This document shows, piece by piece, positions 9,696 to 19,182 of a stretch of DNA of 64,000 nucleotides. Each line of letters begins with the position of its first letter. Position 1 is the first letter of the stretch. The DNA is taken from the NCBI GenBank assembly GCA_965242965.1, contig OZ251518.1, positions 2,560,001 to 2,624,000 on the forward strand, given 5' to 3'. The notes below the pieces were generated by a model, which ran no database searches, was not told the origin of the DNA, and was given only the letters and a program-made list of their open reading frames with translations. The position numbers and the translations under genes are program-made. The stretch is from Candidatus Poribacteria bacterium (GTDB taxonomy: Bacteria; Poribacteria; WGA-4E; WGA-3G).

Positions 9696-11654
9696 TTATG
9701 GCCAGGGGAAAAAGGGTGCCGGCACATTTGCTCCCCAACTGACGAGACACCAGATTACCGCCATGCTAAATTCTCCGAAGACCATCCCCAAGAAAAACGG
9801 GCGAAACCGCTGATACTGTCGAATCCCGCTATAACGCAGGAGCGGCGTTTTAATGCCCCACGCAATGAAGACAGGAAACCAAAAGACGATGAGCGTCCAC
9901 GAAGCGGATAATGCATAGCCGAGTGGATGCAGAGGCCACCACCAATATAACATCCGCATCACGACTAAGCCTGTCGTTACCAAGGCACCGATGCCGAAGA
10001 AGATGCCGCCCGTTGCACGATAGTCTGATGCCAATCCCTCCATCGCCGCTACATTGTCCTGAAAAGCCCAAAGCGGATTTCCACGATACGTATAACTATA
10101 CATGTAGTTTGCGCCGTGCGTATAAGGCAGCCATAAGTGAAGGGCGGCCGCGCAGAAAAACGCCAGCGCGCAGCCTATCGCTAGAACGCCTAACAGCGAA
10201 CGGTAAGAAAGTCCAACGCCGTCGCTAATTTTTAGACTGTCAAGAAAACCGGTGAGGATTAGTCCGCGCTGATCTCGGGTGAAAATTGCATCGAGGAAGG
10301 CGAGTGTCGTGAGGCTTGGCGCGCCTAACGCCGCTTTGCTGGCGATGAGTTGATAGATATCGATGGGCCGGAAGGAGGTTTCTGTCATGAGTAAACCGCC
10401 TTCTGCGGTGCTGCGCGCCATCACCACGGCGATGATGCAAACGTAAACCAGCATCTCAAATGCCGCGAATCCGAGGTTGAGCCCGGCGAGAGAAGTCCAG
10501 CCTATCGCGAGGAGTAGGGAGCCGATGAACCCCCAAACGGCGGTGCGGTAAGGCAGTATTTCGTCGGCATCCTGCAAGATGCCTGAACGGAAAGTAAAGG
10601 CATGGCGAAACACCCGGCGGAAGTGCGGAAAACCGACATAGATAAACGAGATTATCAGCACAACATAGGCCCCGGCGATTTGGTAACCGATATAAAGCCG
10701 TGTGGGATAGAGGGGCATGCCGCTCACGCGTAAACCGAACATCGCGGCGGCGACATCTTGGAGCCGCGTGAGGAGAAAAAAGAACCACAGGCTGAACAAC
10801 AGTTGCGTCGGCAGGAGGTAGAAGAACCCGATTGCGGCGAAGGAGAGAAAAATCGGCGTGTAGCCAATGGCGTTAAACGGCTTTTCCGTGACATATTGGT
10901 TGAGTAGATAACGTAGGGATACGTTTGGCACTTGCGGCCAGATTTCGTGAAGTCCGTTTAAGGTGAAGATGAGCGCGGGCACTGCGAACCCGAGCCACAT
11001 GAGACGGTTCCGAAAGAAGCCGCGTCTTTCATAGACGAATTCGAGAGGTAGGGAGACGAGCGGAAATGTCAATTTCTCGTTTTCTATCCACTGTTTCCGC
11101 AGTATCGTCGCGAGGCAGAAGAACGCCGTAAAGAGGAAGAATACCAGCACGCCCCAAGCGCACAGCGGTTTTATCCAGAGCCCCCAGGGGATTGCATCGC
11201 CGGCATCAAGGCCTTCATAGAAACTGACAGCGACAGGTGCTTGCCCTTTTTGTTCCGGTGAAAACGGCACGAGCCACGGCTTGATGTGCGGAAAGAAGAG
11301 CGTATCCCAACTGTTCGTCTCTGTGGAAAAGTAGTTGACTGCGATGAGTGCCGGTATCAGTTTCTCCATCACGCCGCGCGACGTAATCATTGAGGCGACG
11401 AGCATCATGCAGTAGACGCACATCAATTCGCGCGGCGACAAACCGAACCGATGGCTTACTTTTTGAAGCAACCGATTCCCGAGCACCAGAAAAAAGAAGA
11501 GCCCGATAACGGCAGGCGGTAACTGCAAAAAACCGATTTGGATATAGGTAATCACCAATTCGGCATAAGAGACGATGAAGCAGATGGCAATAATGCAACA
11601 GATGCCGAGGGGAAGGAAACGCCATGATAGGCGATTATCGTGTGTAGGAAGCAA
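9696..11654 (-). CDS. Polytopic membrane protein, DUF6785/DUF6784 (OPT-like peptide transporter) type
   Basis: 652 aa with many TM helices; 'LRKQWIENEKLTFPL' and 'WWWPLHPLGY' motifs; TTG start with GAGGA RBS. Confidence 0.75.
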   Translation of the reverse strand: MLPTHDNRLSWRFLPLGICCIIAICFIVSYAELVITYIQIGFLQLPPAVIGLFFFLVLGNRLLQKVSHRFGLSPRELMCVYCMMLVASMITSRGVMEKLIPALIAVNYFSTETNSWDTLFFPHIKPWLVPFSPEQKGQAPVAVSFYEGLDAGDAIPWGLWIKPLCAWGVLVFFLFTAFFCLATILRKQWIENEKLTFPLVSLPLEFVYERRGFFRNRLMWLGFAVPALIFTLNGLHEIWPQVPNVSLRYLLNQYVTEKPFNAIGYTPIFLSFAAIGFFYLLPTQLLFSLWFFFLLTRLQDVAAAMFGLRVSGMPLYPTRLYIGYQIAGAYVVLIISFIYVGFPHFRRVFRHAFTFRSGILQDADEILPYRTAVWGFIGSLLLAIGWTSLAGLNLGFAAFEMLVYVCIIAVVMARSTAEGGLLMTETSFRPIDIYQLIASKAALGAPSLTTLAFLDAIFTRDQRGLILTGFLDSLKISDGVGLSYRSLLGVLAIGCALAFFCAAALHLWLPYTHGANYMYSYTYRGNPLWAFQDNVAAMEGLASDYRATGGIFFGIGALVTTGLVVMRMLYWWWPLHPLGYALSASWTLIVFWFPVFIAWGIKTPLLRYSGIRQYQRFRPFFLGMVFGEFSMAVIWCLVSWGANVPAPFFPWP

Positions 11655-11799
11655 TATTGACTATCCTCTGTCCGACTTTTGATAACGTTGAGGTGCTGTT
11701 TAAAACAGCGCATACCGGGTTTTCGTTCGGTGCAAGCTCAACAAGTGTAGCACGAATGCGAAAATCTGTCAAATGGCGCGGAAAATTCACAAAAAACGA

Positions 11800-11913
11800 A
11801 AAATGTCACTTTTTTTGTAACCTATTATCCAATCAAGACGTTATATTAGACAGACGGACCTTTTTTTCGGGAAAATGTCACTTTTTTTGTAACCGTTCCA
11901 AATTTAAAGCGTT
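11800..11913 (+). promoter_or_regulatory. Tandem direct repeat, candidate ECF-sigma promoters
   Basis: AAAATGTCACTTTTTTTGTAACC occurs twice, each with AAC-N16/17-CGTT. Confidence 0.45.
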
Positions 11914-11961
11914 TTAATGGGTAACACCGAATTTCTATCGCGAGAAAGAAAGGTAAGAAAG

Positions 11962-12219
11962 ATGCGCAATCACACCCAAAATCCGCTTGTCGGGCTCCCT
12001 GCGCGGGCTTTACGTCTCTATAGCGCGTTGGAGGTATTCAGGGGCGCGTATGCTTCCCTGAACGAACCGATGTGGTTTCGTGCGCCAAGACGAGACGCGC
12101 GCCTCAAAGAAATTGGGTTCTCCAAGGCAGACATTGATACCGCGCTCAGCGAGCTCATCCAAGCGAATTTGTTGCAAATCCGCGAGCAGCAGCGCACGCG
12201 GTGGTATTGCCTGAAATAA
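11962..12219 (+). CDS. Small hypothetical protein, possibly winged-helix
   Basis: ATG 11962 after an AG-rich RBS; stop 1 nt before maf; helix-helix-wing-like C-terminus. Confidence 0.6.
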   Translation: MRNHTQNPLVGLPARALRLYSALEVFRGAYASLNEPMWFRAPRRDARLKEIGFSKADIDTALSELIQANLLQIREQQRTRWYCLK

Positions 12220-12220
12220 G

Positions 12221-12865
12221 ATGGCCCACAGCGAACTCTTCGCCAACCTCCCTCGCCTCGTTTTGGCATCGGCATCGCCGCGTCGCTCCGCACTCCTATC
12301 GCAAATCGGATTGACGTTTGAGGTATGTCCGAGTGATGTTGAGGAACCGTTGCTCAGCAGCCCGGCGGCGGAAGTCACACAAAAATTGGCACTGCTCAAG
12401 GCAGAGGCTGTCGCGCGCCAATACGCCGATGCGATAATCATCGGTGCCGATACACTCGTTTCGTTAGAGGGTGAACTTCTCGGTAAACCGACAGACGACG
12501 AGCACGCCAGAGAAATGCTGATGCGGCTCAGCAGCACACGCCACGAGGTAGTCACAGGGGTGGCATTAATCGTTGCCGATTCTTCTAGTAGACGCGGTTT
12601 GCAACAGCGCACAGTTTCGCGCGAAATCGTTTGGACAGAGACAACCAATGTCTACTTTCGCGAGGTGCGTAGCACAGAAATTGCCGCCTATATCGCGAGT
12701 GGCGAGGCATCGGATAAGGCGGGTGCATACGGGATTCAAGGACGCGGCGCCGCGTTCGTGAAACGCGTTGAAGGCTGCTATTTCAACGTCGTCGGATTGC
12801 CGCTTGCGAGTTTCGTTGAACAATTGTGGACGTTGAAAGACGCGCTACATCATTTCGCGCGATGA
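12221..12865 (+). CDS. maf: Maf family nucleotide pyrophosphatase (YhdE type)
   Basis: LASASPRR, IGADT, LGKP, DKAGAYGIQG, NVVGLP. Confidence 0.95.
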   Translation: MAHSELFANLPRLVLASASPRRSALLSQIGLTFEVCPSDVEEPLLSSPAAEVTQKLALLKAEAVARQYADAIIIGADTLVSLEGELLGKPTDDEHAREMLMRLSSTRHEVVTGVALIVADSSSRRGLQQRTVSREIVWTETTNVYFREVRSTEIAAYIASGEASDKAGAYGIQGRGAAFVKRVEGCYFNVVGLPLASFVEQLWTLKDALHHFAR

Positions 12866-13000
12866 TGTCGGGTGCCTTTCGGCGACAGGCAGCGGTTTTC
12901 AGCATTGAACGCCGGGTGAACAACAAAAAAGCGGCTTGACTTTCCGCACGTGATGTGATACACTCCCCCTCACACCTGCAACAAAACGGAGTCATCGACT

Positions 13001-14695
13001 GTGGAACACCGACACCCAAGAACCTTTGAAGCCCAACTATTGCATCGAGACCGGGAGGTCTCTCCTACGGAACCCCAACACCCAAGAACCTTTGAGACCC
13101 GGGGGCCCGTGCGTCCCGAGTTGAACTATGTTGTCCCGCGCACCGAGGCACTCGCCGATTTCATCCGCCGCGTCAAACTGGGGAGGTATATCGTCCTGTT
13201 CGCGCCGCGTCAGACAGGCAAAACAACGTTTTTCCGCACAGCCATGCGGACGCTCTCGGCAGCAGAGCCGGTTTACTTCCCCATCCAACTCAATTTTGAA
13301 AGGTATGCAAACTGGCCACTGGCGGCGTTTTACCGCGACTTCTACCAAAGCGTCCACAAACAAATTCAGTATGTGTGCCATGCCCGCGGCAGCGCGCCCC
13401 CTGAGGCACTCTCCCGGTTTTTGGAGAATCAATCGTTTAACGGAAACCCTCAGTTCACGCTGCACCACTTCTTTGAAGAATTGGGGCACTTGCTGGCAGG
13501 ACAGCGGGTAGTGCTGAGTCTTGACGAGTTTGATGGCATCCCGCGCGATGCACTGCCGGGGTTCCTGCATACGCTGCGGGATATCTATCTGGCCAGGGAG
13601 TTCACGCCACCGTGTCCCTATAGCGTGAGCATCGTCGGTATCAAGAGTCTCACGCAGCTGAACTACGACAGGAGCATCTCGCCGTTCAACATCCAAGATG
13701 AGTTCCACTTGCTCAACTTCACCTTGGCGCAGGTGCAGGAACTCTTTGGACAGTATACGGCGGAAGTGGGGCAAGCCTTCGCGCCCGAAGTCATCAAGAC
13801 GCTGCACCGGCAGACAGCGGGACAGCCCTTCCTTGTCAACCGGCTCGCGCAGCTGCTCACCGAGGCACCGGACATTCCGAAGAACGAGCCCATCGGGATG
13901 GAACACTTTCTCAAAGCACACCAGCACCTCTTGAGTGAACGGAACGTCCATCTCACACATCTCGCCACGAATGTCCGCCGCAACCCGCGTTTTCAACGCC
14001 GTCTGATGCAAATTCTGTCCAAAGATGACAGCATTGAATTCAACCTGTATGATGATGTCATCAATGAACTCGTCACTTACGGTGTCATTAAAAGCGGGCG
14101 CGGCGGCCGGTGCGACATCGCGAACCCTATCTATCTCTCTTGCATCTTGCAAGCCTTCAAACCGACGCTAAACGGCCTGGAGGAAGAATACTATCCGCAA
14201 GACACCGGGGACGGACCGGACGCATATCTCACCGATACCGGCGAGATTGACATGGCGGGCTGGCTCGCGAACTTCCGGGAGTTCATCGCCCGTGCCGGGT
14301 ATCGCATCCTGCTGGTGCCACAGACACCGAAAGAATACGTCGGACAGTATCTGCTCTTTGCCTATCTAGACCAGGGTGTCCGACACATCGGGGGCGCGAT
14401 GCATCTGGAAGTGCAAACCGGGCGCGGCCGGGCAGACCTGGTGATTTTCCACGGCGGCCGGAAATATATTGTCGAAACCAAAGTCTGGCAAGGCGAAAAA
14501 TCGTATCAAGCCGGCAAGAAGCAACTCGCTGCCTACCTTCAATCGGAAGGCGCGACGGTAGGCGACTATGTTGTGTTTGATTATCGGCAAACGCCGGAGC
14601 CGCGCGTGGAAACCGAGCAACTTGATGGCGTGACGATTCGGTGTTCTGTGATTCCCGTGGTGCAAGAAAGGCCCTCCGCCAGTGTTCTGCGGTAG
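13001..14695 (+). CDS. AAA-like ATPase with C-terminal PD-(D/E)xK-type domain
   Basis: Walker A APRQTGKTT, Walker B LSLDEFD, SPFNI, GQPFLVN; C-terminal GRADL...IVETK...QLAAYL. Confidence 0.8.
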   Translation: MEHRHPRTFEAQLLHRDREVSPTEPQHPRTFETRGPVRPELNYVVPRTEALADFIRRVKLGRYIVLFAPRQTGKTTFFRTAMRTLSAAEPVYFPIQLNFERYANWPLAAFYRDFYQSVHKQIQYVCHARGSAPPEALSRFLENQSFNGNPQFTLHHFFEELGHLLAGQRVVLSLDEFDGIPRDALPGFLHTLRDIYLAREFTPPCPYSVSIVGIKSLTQLNYDRSISPFNIQDEFHLLNFTLAQVQELFGQYTAEVGQAFAPEVIKTLHRQTAGQPFLVNRLAQLLTEAPDIPKNEPIGMEHFLKAHQHLLSERNVHLTHLATNVRRNPRFQRRLMQILSKDDSIEFNLYDDVINELVTYGVIKSGRGGRCDIANPIYLSCILQAFKPTLNGLEEEYYPQDTGDGPDAYLTDTGEIDMAGWLANFREFIARAGYRILLVPQTPKEYVGQYLLFAYLDQGVRHIGGAMHLEVQTGRGRADLVIFHGGRKYIVETKVWQGEKSYQAGKKQLAAYLQSEGATVGDYVVFDYRQTPEPRVETEQLDGVTIRCSVIPVVQERPSASVLR

Positions 14696-14818
14696 AAAGC
14701 CCCCCTCATCGTAGGGCGAGGGCCCCCGCGATACGGGAACATCGAGACCGGGAGGGCTCTCCTACACAGATATATGAAACACCCTCAGTTCACTAGCGAG
14801 AGTTCTTGGATATCCCCG

Positions 14819-15409
14819 ATGCAGAACGCTAACATTTACACACCCACCGAAGGCTACGTTGACATTGTGAAGCCCGACGAAATGGGTAACCTACACCTCG
14901 GAATCCTTAACCTTCCAGCAAACACCACCTACTTCGCGCATTCGGAGGATACCGAAGTCGCGCTGATTGCACTAGGCGGCGACTGCACCTTGTTAGTAGG
15001 GCACAACGGCAACAAGGCGAACGGCATTTTAGGGGAGCGTCCAGACGTTTTTCACGGCGAGGCGTGTGTCGCGTTCATTCCGCATCACACTACTTACGAG
15101 GTGCTTGCAGGTGAAGCGGGGATTGAACTCGCCGTTTGCAGAACGCTGTCACATTCGGAAACGGCCGCGGTCATTTTAGGCGCGGGTGAAGCGGCGGACA
15201 CAACAGACTGGCAACTCGCTATTACCGAAAATAGGATGCCAGCCCGGGGCGTTGGCGAAGCAATCTGTCTTATCCGTTATCCGCACGAAGCAAACACTAC
15301 AGTGAAGCAGTTTCCGCGCAGCGGTTTTGAAGAAGAGAAAGCGGCGGATATGATGAATCATACCCGCCGTGAGCGCGCCTATACGTTGTGGATAACGCGT
15401 GTGGCGTAA
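14819..15409 (+). CDS. IolB (5-deoxy-glucuronate isomerase)-like cupin, apparently truncated or degenerate
   Basis: N-terminal half resembles IolB (EVALIALGG..C, GERPDVF, AFIP, ELAVC); no SSYPPH-type C-terminal motif seen. Confidence 0.5.
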   Translation: MQNANIYTPTEGYVDIVKPDEMGNLHLGILNLPANTTYFAHSEDTEVALIALGGDCTLLVGHNGNKANGILGERPDVFHGEACVAFIPHHTTYEVLAGEAGIELAVCRTLSHSETAAVILGAGEAADTTDWQLAITENRMPARGVGEAICLIRYPHEANTTVKQFPRSGFEEEKAADMMNHTRRERAYTLWITRVA

Positions 15410-15413
15410 AGCG

Positions 15414-15716
15414 TTACTCGCCCTCGATGAGCTCCCCGCCCTTTCTCAGAAAAGCGACGGCACTCCGCTGAATCTGCACCTTCACCTCCTGATTGTTCAC
15501 TTCGCCCACGGATAGAACGATGATGTTCTTATCGTTGCTGAGGCCGAGGATTTTGCCGTGCAACCCGCCGTTGGTGACGATTTCATCGCCTTTGGACAGG
15601 TTCTCCAGCATGTTCTGGTGTTTTTTGCGTTTGGCTTGCTCCGGCCGCCAAAGCAAGAAATACATGATTGCCCCCATTGCGATAAAGGGCACAAGCAAAC
15701 TTCCTATTTGTTCCAT
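15414..15716 (-). CDS. yajC: Preprotein translocase subunit YajC
   Basis: YFLLWRPEQAKRK, LSKGDEIVTNGGLHGKI. Confidence 0.95.
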   Translation of the reverse strand: MEQIGSLLVPFIAMGAIMYFLLWRPEQAKRKKHQNMLENLSKGDEIVTNGGLHGKILGLSNDKNIIVLSVGEVNNQEVKVQIQRSAVAFLRKGGELIEGE

Positions 15717-15781
15717 GAATATCTCCTTCTATTATTTCTGGCAGGCGTGGTTTGAAACCGCGCCTACCGGGTTCGTTTTTT

Positions 15782-16855
15782 CTAAAGAATCAGCATGGCA
15801 TCGCCATAGCTGTAAAACCGGTAATTCTCTCGGAGTGCCTCCTGATATGCAGCGCGAATCAGTTCGACATCGGCGAAAGCACTCACTAGCATCAGCAAAG
15901 TCGATTTCGGTAGATGGAAGTTGGTAATCAACGCATCTACCACGTTGAATTGATGACCGGGATAGATAAAGAGTTCACTATCCCCGTGATAAGGGGTGAC
16001 GGTGCCTGTCCTTCCAGCCGTTTCCAGCGCGCGCACCACCGTTGTGCCGACAGCGACGATTTTCTGCCCGGCTTCCCGTGCATCGCGAAGTTGCGCCGCC
16101 GCTGCTGCAGAGAGATGGATAGACTCGGCGTGCATCTCGTGGGTGGCAATATCTTCCACCTTCACTGGTTGAAAAGTCCCGATGCCGACGTGCAGCGTCA
16201 GCGCGGCGGTTTCTATCCCGTTTGCTCGCAATTTCTCCAGCAATCCCTGCGTGAAGTGTAAACCGGCAGTCGGCGCGGCAATTGCCCCCTCGGCTTCGGC
16301 GTAAACGCATTGATAACGCGTTACATCTTCCGCAGTCGGCGCGCGTTTGATATAGGGCGGCAGCGGCACCTGTCCGACTCGCGCCAAAACGTTTGCAAAA
16401 TCACCCTTGTAGTAGAAACGGACGTGACAGCGTCCATCTGTCTGGACTTCAATCACCTTGGCGAGGAGTTCTCCATCGCCGAATGAAACCTGGGTGCCCA
16501 CCTTGAGGTTGCGTTGCGGTTTCGCAAGCACATCCCAAGTAACGGAGTTACAAACCCCACCTACGGCCGCGGTTTTCAACGGCGCATCAGCGGGTGTTTC
16601 ACGGACGAGCAGGAATTCAATTTTCCCCCCTGTCCCCAGTTTTTTTCCGATGAGCCGAGCCGGCATCACCTTCGTGTCGTTCAGCACGAGCATCGCGTGC
16701 GCCGGCAGGAATTCCCCAATCTGTGAAAACCGGGTGTGATGAAACGTGCGCGCGGCTCTGTCAATCACCATGAGCCGCGAACCGTCGCGCCGCTGACAGG
16801 GGAACTGCGCAATGCTGTTTGCCGGCAAATGATAATCAAAATCTGTGAGTTTCAT
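15782..16855 (-). CDS. queA: S-adenosylmethionine:tRNA ribosyltransferase-isomerase
   Basis: MKLTDFDYHLP start, PLPPYI, AAPTAGLHF, TNFHLPKSTL, FYSYGDAM. Confidence 0.97.
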   Translation of the reverse strand: MKLTDFDYHLPANSIAQFPCQRRDGSRLMVIDRAARTFHHTRFSQIGEFLPAHAMLVLNDTKVMPARLIGKKLGTGGKIEFLLVRETPADAPLKTAAVGGVCNSVTWDVLAKPQRNLKVGTQVSFGDGELLAKVIEVQTDGRCHVRFYYKGDFANVLARVGQVPLPPYIKRAPTAEDVTRYQCVYAEAEGAIAAPTAGLHFTQGLLEKLRANGIETAALTLHVGIGTFQPVKVEDIATHEMHAESIHLSAAAAAQLRDAREAGQKIVAVGTTVVRALETAGRTGTVTPYHGDSELFIYPGHQFNVVDALITNFHLPKSTLLMLVSAFADVELIRAAYQEALRENYRFYSYGDAMLIL

Positions 16856-16856
16856 C

Positions 16857-17882
16857 TTAATAGAAAAGCGATGCCTGCTTGCCGATAGGGTAGCCGAAGT
16901 ATTCAAAGGCGGCATCTGTGGCGACGCGCCCCCCCGGTGTCAGCATCAACAACCCCTCTTTGATATAGTAAGGTTCGTAAACTTCGGAGACGGTGCGTTC
17001 GTCTTCACTGAGTGCGACAGCGAGTGCCTTCAGTCCCGCGCGCCCGTTGAATTTCTCAATAAGCGTTCGGAAGTAGGCGTAATCCTGTGCGTCTAACCCG
17101 CGTTCATCAATGCCGAAAAATTCGAGTGCTTCCTCCGCAACTTCCAACGTGAGCGTGCCATCGCCCTTCACTTCGGCGTAATCTCTCACGTTCGCCAGCA
17201 ACTTATTGGCAATGCGCATTGTGCCTCGCGCCCGGCGGGCCAAGGCGTATTCCGCCTCTTCTGCTATCTCAATGTTGAGTTTCGCGCTGTTGATGCGAAT
17301 CGCCTGCTGGATGTCCGCCGGTTCATAATAGTTGAGATGGATGCGGATACCAAACCTATCGCGAAACGGGCCGGCGAGCAGGCCCTCGCGCGTCGTCGCA
17401 CCGACAAGCGTGAAATGCGCGATGGATATCTGCACGACATCCGAAGCAGGGCCTTGCCCAATCGCCAAATCAAGCTGGTAGTCTTCCATCGCCGGGTAAA
17501 GCGATTCTTGGACATACCCCTTCATGCGGTGGATCTCGTCAATGAACAGCACGTCGCCTTTTGTCAGGTTTGACAGCGTTGAAACCAGGTCAAGTTTTTC
17601 CATGACGGGCCCGATTGCCTGCTTAAAGTTACTCTCGATTTCATTGGAGATAATTTTCGCTAGCGTTGTCTTACCGAGCCCCGGTGGGCTGACAAGGAGC
17701 ACATGTTCCAGCGCATCGCCGCGCCTTTTAGCGGCTTCGATGTGGATACGGAGCTGCTCCTTTGCCTTCTCCTGCCCGATAAATTCGCTCAGCGTTTCGG
17801 GCCGGAGGCTATATTCAAAGCCTTCGTCTTCAACGGTTAACTCTTGCATCCGAGAAGTCGCGGGTGTGTCGTGGTTCGCCAT
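16857..17882 (-). CDS. ruvB: Holliday junction branch migration helicase RuvB
   Basis: LRPETLSEFIGQ, PPGLGKTT, LFIDEIHR, VGATTR. Confidence 0.97.
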   Translation of the reverse strand: MANHDTPATSRMQELTVEDEGFEYSLRPETLSEFIGQEKAKEQLRIHIEAAKRRGDALEHVLLVSPPGLGKTTLAKIISNEIESNFKQAIGPVMEKLDLVSTLSNLTKGDVLFIDEIHRMKGYVQESLYPAMEDYQLDLAIGQGPASDVVQISIAHFTLVGATTREGLLAGPFRDRFGIRIHLNYYEPADIQQAIRINSAKLNIEIAEEAEYALARRARGTMRIANKLLANVRDYAEVKGDGTLTLEVAEEALEFFGIDERGLDAQDYAYFRTLIEKFNGRAGLKALAVALSEDERTVSEVYEPYYIKEGLLMLTPGGRVATDAAFEYFGYPIGKQASLFY

Positions 17883-17902
17883 TCTTGCTTACCTGCTACG
17901 AA

Positions 17903-18499
17903 TTAGTTCCGGATATAGCTGAGTGCCTGCTTCACCAAATTTTCGCGCTGTGCCGATTCACCGATAACCTTCTGTGCCTTTTCGACGGCTTGTTCAGCAT
18001 CCAATTCCGATGCGCCCAGATTGACGAGGATTTTGACTACCTGTGTATCTACCGCACCGGCGCGACTCAGTTCTACCTCAGTCTCGAATTTCACCTTCCC
18101 AATCTGCTTTTTGAGTTTCATGATGATGAGCTGCGCGTTCTCTTTGCCCAACCGCGGCACCCGCATCAGCGTCGTTGTATCGCCTTGATGGACGGCGCGT
18201 TGGAATTGCGACGGTGTCAACTTAGCGACGATGTTTTGCGCCAGCGTCGGCCCCACACCTTTCACTTTCAGTGCCATTTCAAAGACTTTCAGTGCGTCTC
18301 GGGAAGTGAACCCGTAAAGGGTGATGTCATTTTCGCGGTTTTGGTAATAGTGCGTGTAAAAGGTCACCGGTTCGCCCACCGGCGGTAAATCGCCCCCGGT
18401 CTTCGGTGGAATATCCACGGCATACCCGATGCCTTGGACATCAACGACGACCTGTTTTGTGTCTTTGTGGGCGACAGTCCCTTTGACGTAAGCGATCAT
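17903..18499 (-). CDS. ruvA: Holliday junction branch migration protein RuvA
   Basis: MIAYVKG start, TLYGF, VKGVGP helix-hairpin-helix. Confidence 0.95.
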   Translation of the reverse strand: MIAYVKGTVAHKDTKQVVVDVQGIGYAVDIPPKTGGDLPPVGEPVTFYTHYYQNRENDITLYGFTSRDALKVFEMALKVKGVGPTLAQNIVAKLTPSQFQRAVHQGDTTTLMRVPRLGKENAQLIIMKLKKQIGKVKFETEVELSRAGAVDTQVVKILVNLGASELDAEQAVEKAQKVIGESAQRENLVKQALSYIRN

Positions 18500-18516
18500 G
18501 TTTTGGTTATCCTTTG

Positions 18517-18658
18517 GCATGGCGAGGGACAAGTTTCCCGCGCCTTACGGTGAAGGGGCCTGTTTTTTCCCGTAGCGCGGGGGCCCTCGGATGCCATACG
18601 CGCATCCGAGAGGGTTTCCCCCGCGATCGCTGCATGGCGAGGGACAGGCCCTCGCATG
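18517..18658. repeat. REP cluster inside the ruvC-ruvA operon
   Basis: GGCGAGGGAC units and a branched CGCGGGGGCCCTCGGATGCC...GCATCCGAG...CCCCCGCG unit. Confidence 0.85.
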
Positions 18659-18660
18659 TT

Positions 18661-19158
18661 TCATCGGTATCTCTCGCGCAGTTCAAGCACTTTATAGGAG
18701 CGCGCGTGGCAAATCGCGACAGCCAGTGCGTCAGCGGCGTGGTCTGGGCGTGGCACCTGCTTAAGGCGCAACCTCTCCTGCACCAGCCGTTGCATCTGGG
18801 TTTTCGGGGCTCGTCCGAAGCCGGTTATCGCTTGTTTGATCTGGGAAGGCGTATACGTTTCAACGTGACACTCGGCGTTCGCCGCTGCCAGTTTCACGAT
18901 CCCCTTCACCTCACCGACTGCGAACGCGCTGCTGACATTTTTGTTGAAGAAGATATCCTCAAGGACGACGGCATCAACAGCGAATTCCGTAATGAGGCGC
19001 GCGACTTCATCGTGAATCTGTTTCAGACGCGTTTCAGACGAGGTCTGCGCGCTCGTCCGGATGTTTCCGTAATCGTGCGCGGTGACACGGTTCGCTTGCG
19101 ATTCGACTACGCCGTATCCCGTATTCGCAATGCCCGGGTCGATACCAAGAATAATCAA
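18661..19158 (-). CDS. ruvC: Crossover junction endodeoxyribonuclease RuvC
   Basis: ILGIDPG, YTPSQIK, DHAADALAVA. Confidence 0.96.
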   Translation of the reverse strand: MIILGIDPGIANTGYGVVESQANRVTAHDYGNIRTSAQTSSETRLKQIHDEVARLITEFAVDAVVLEDIFFNKNVSSAFAVGEVKGIVKLAAANAECHVETYTPSQIKQAITGFGRAPKTQMQRLVQERLRLKQVPRPDHAADALAVAICHARSYKVLELRERYR

Positions 19159-19182
19159 CGGTTTTGCGTCGCGATGCGCCAG

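Noticed and set aside
13037-14152. Long antisense ORFs (also 59582-60565, 31259-32029, 4812-5567)
   Set aside because: They are shadow frames opposite well-supported genes and carry no motifs.
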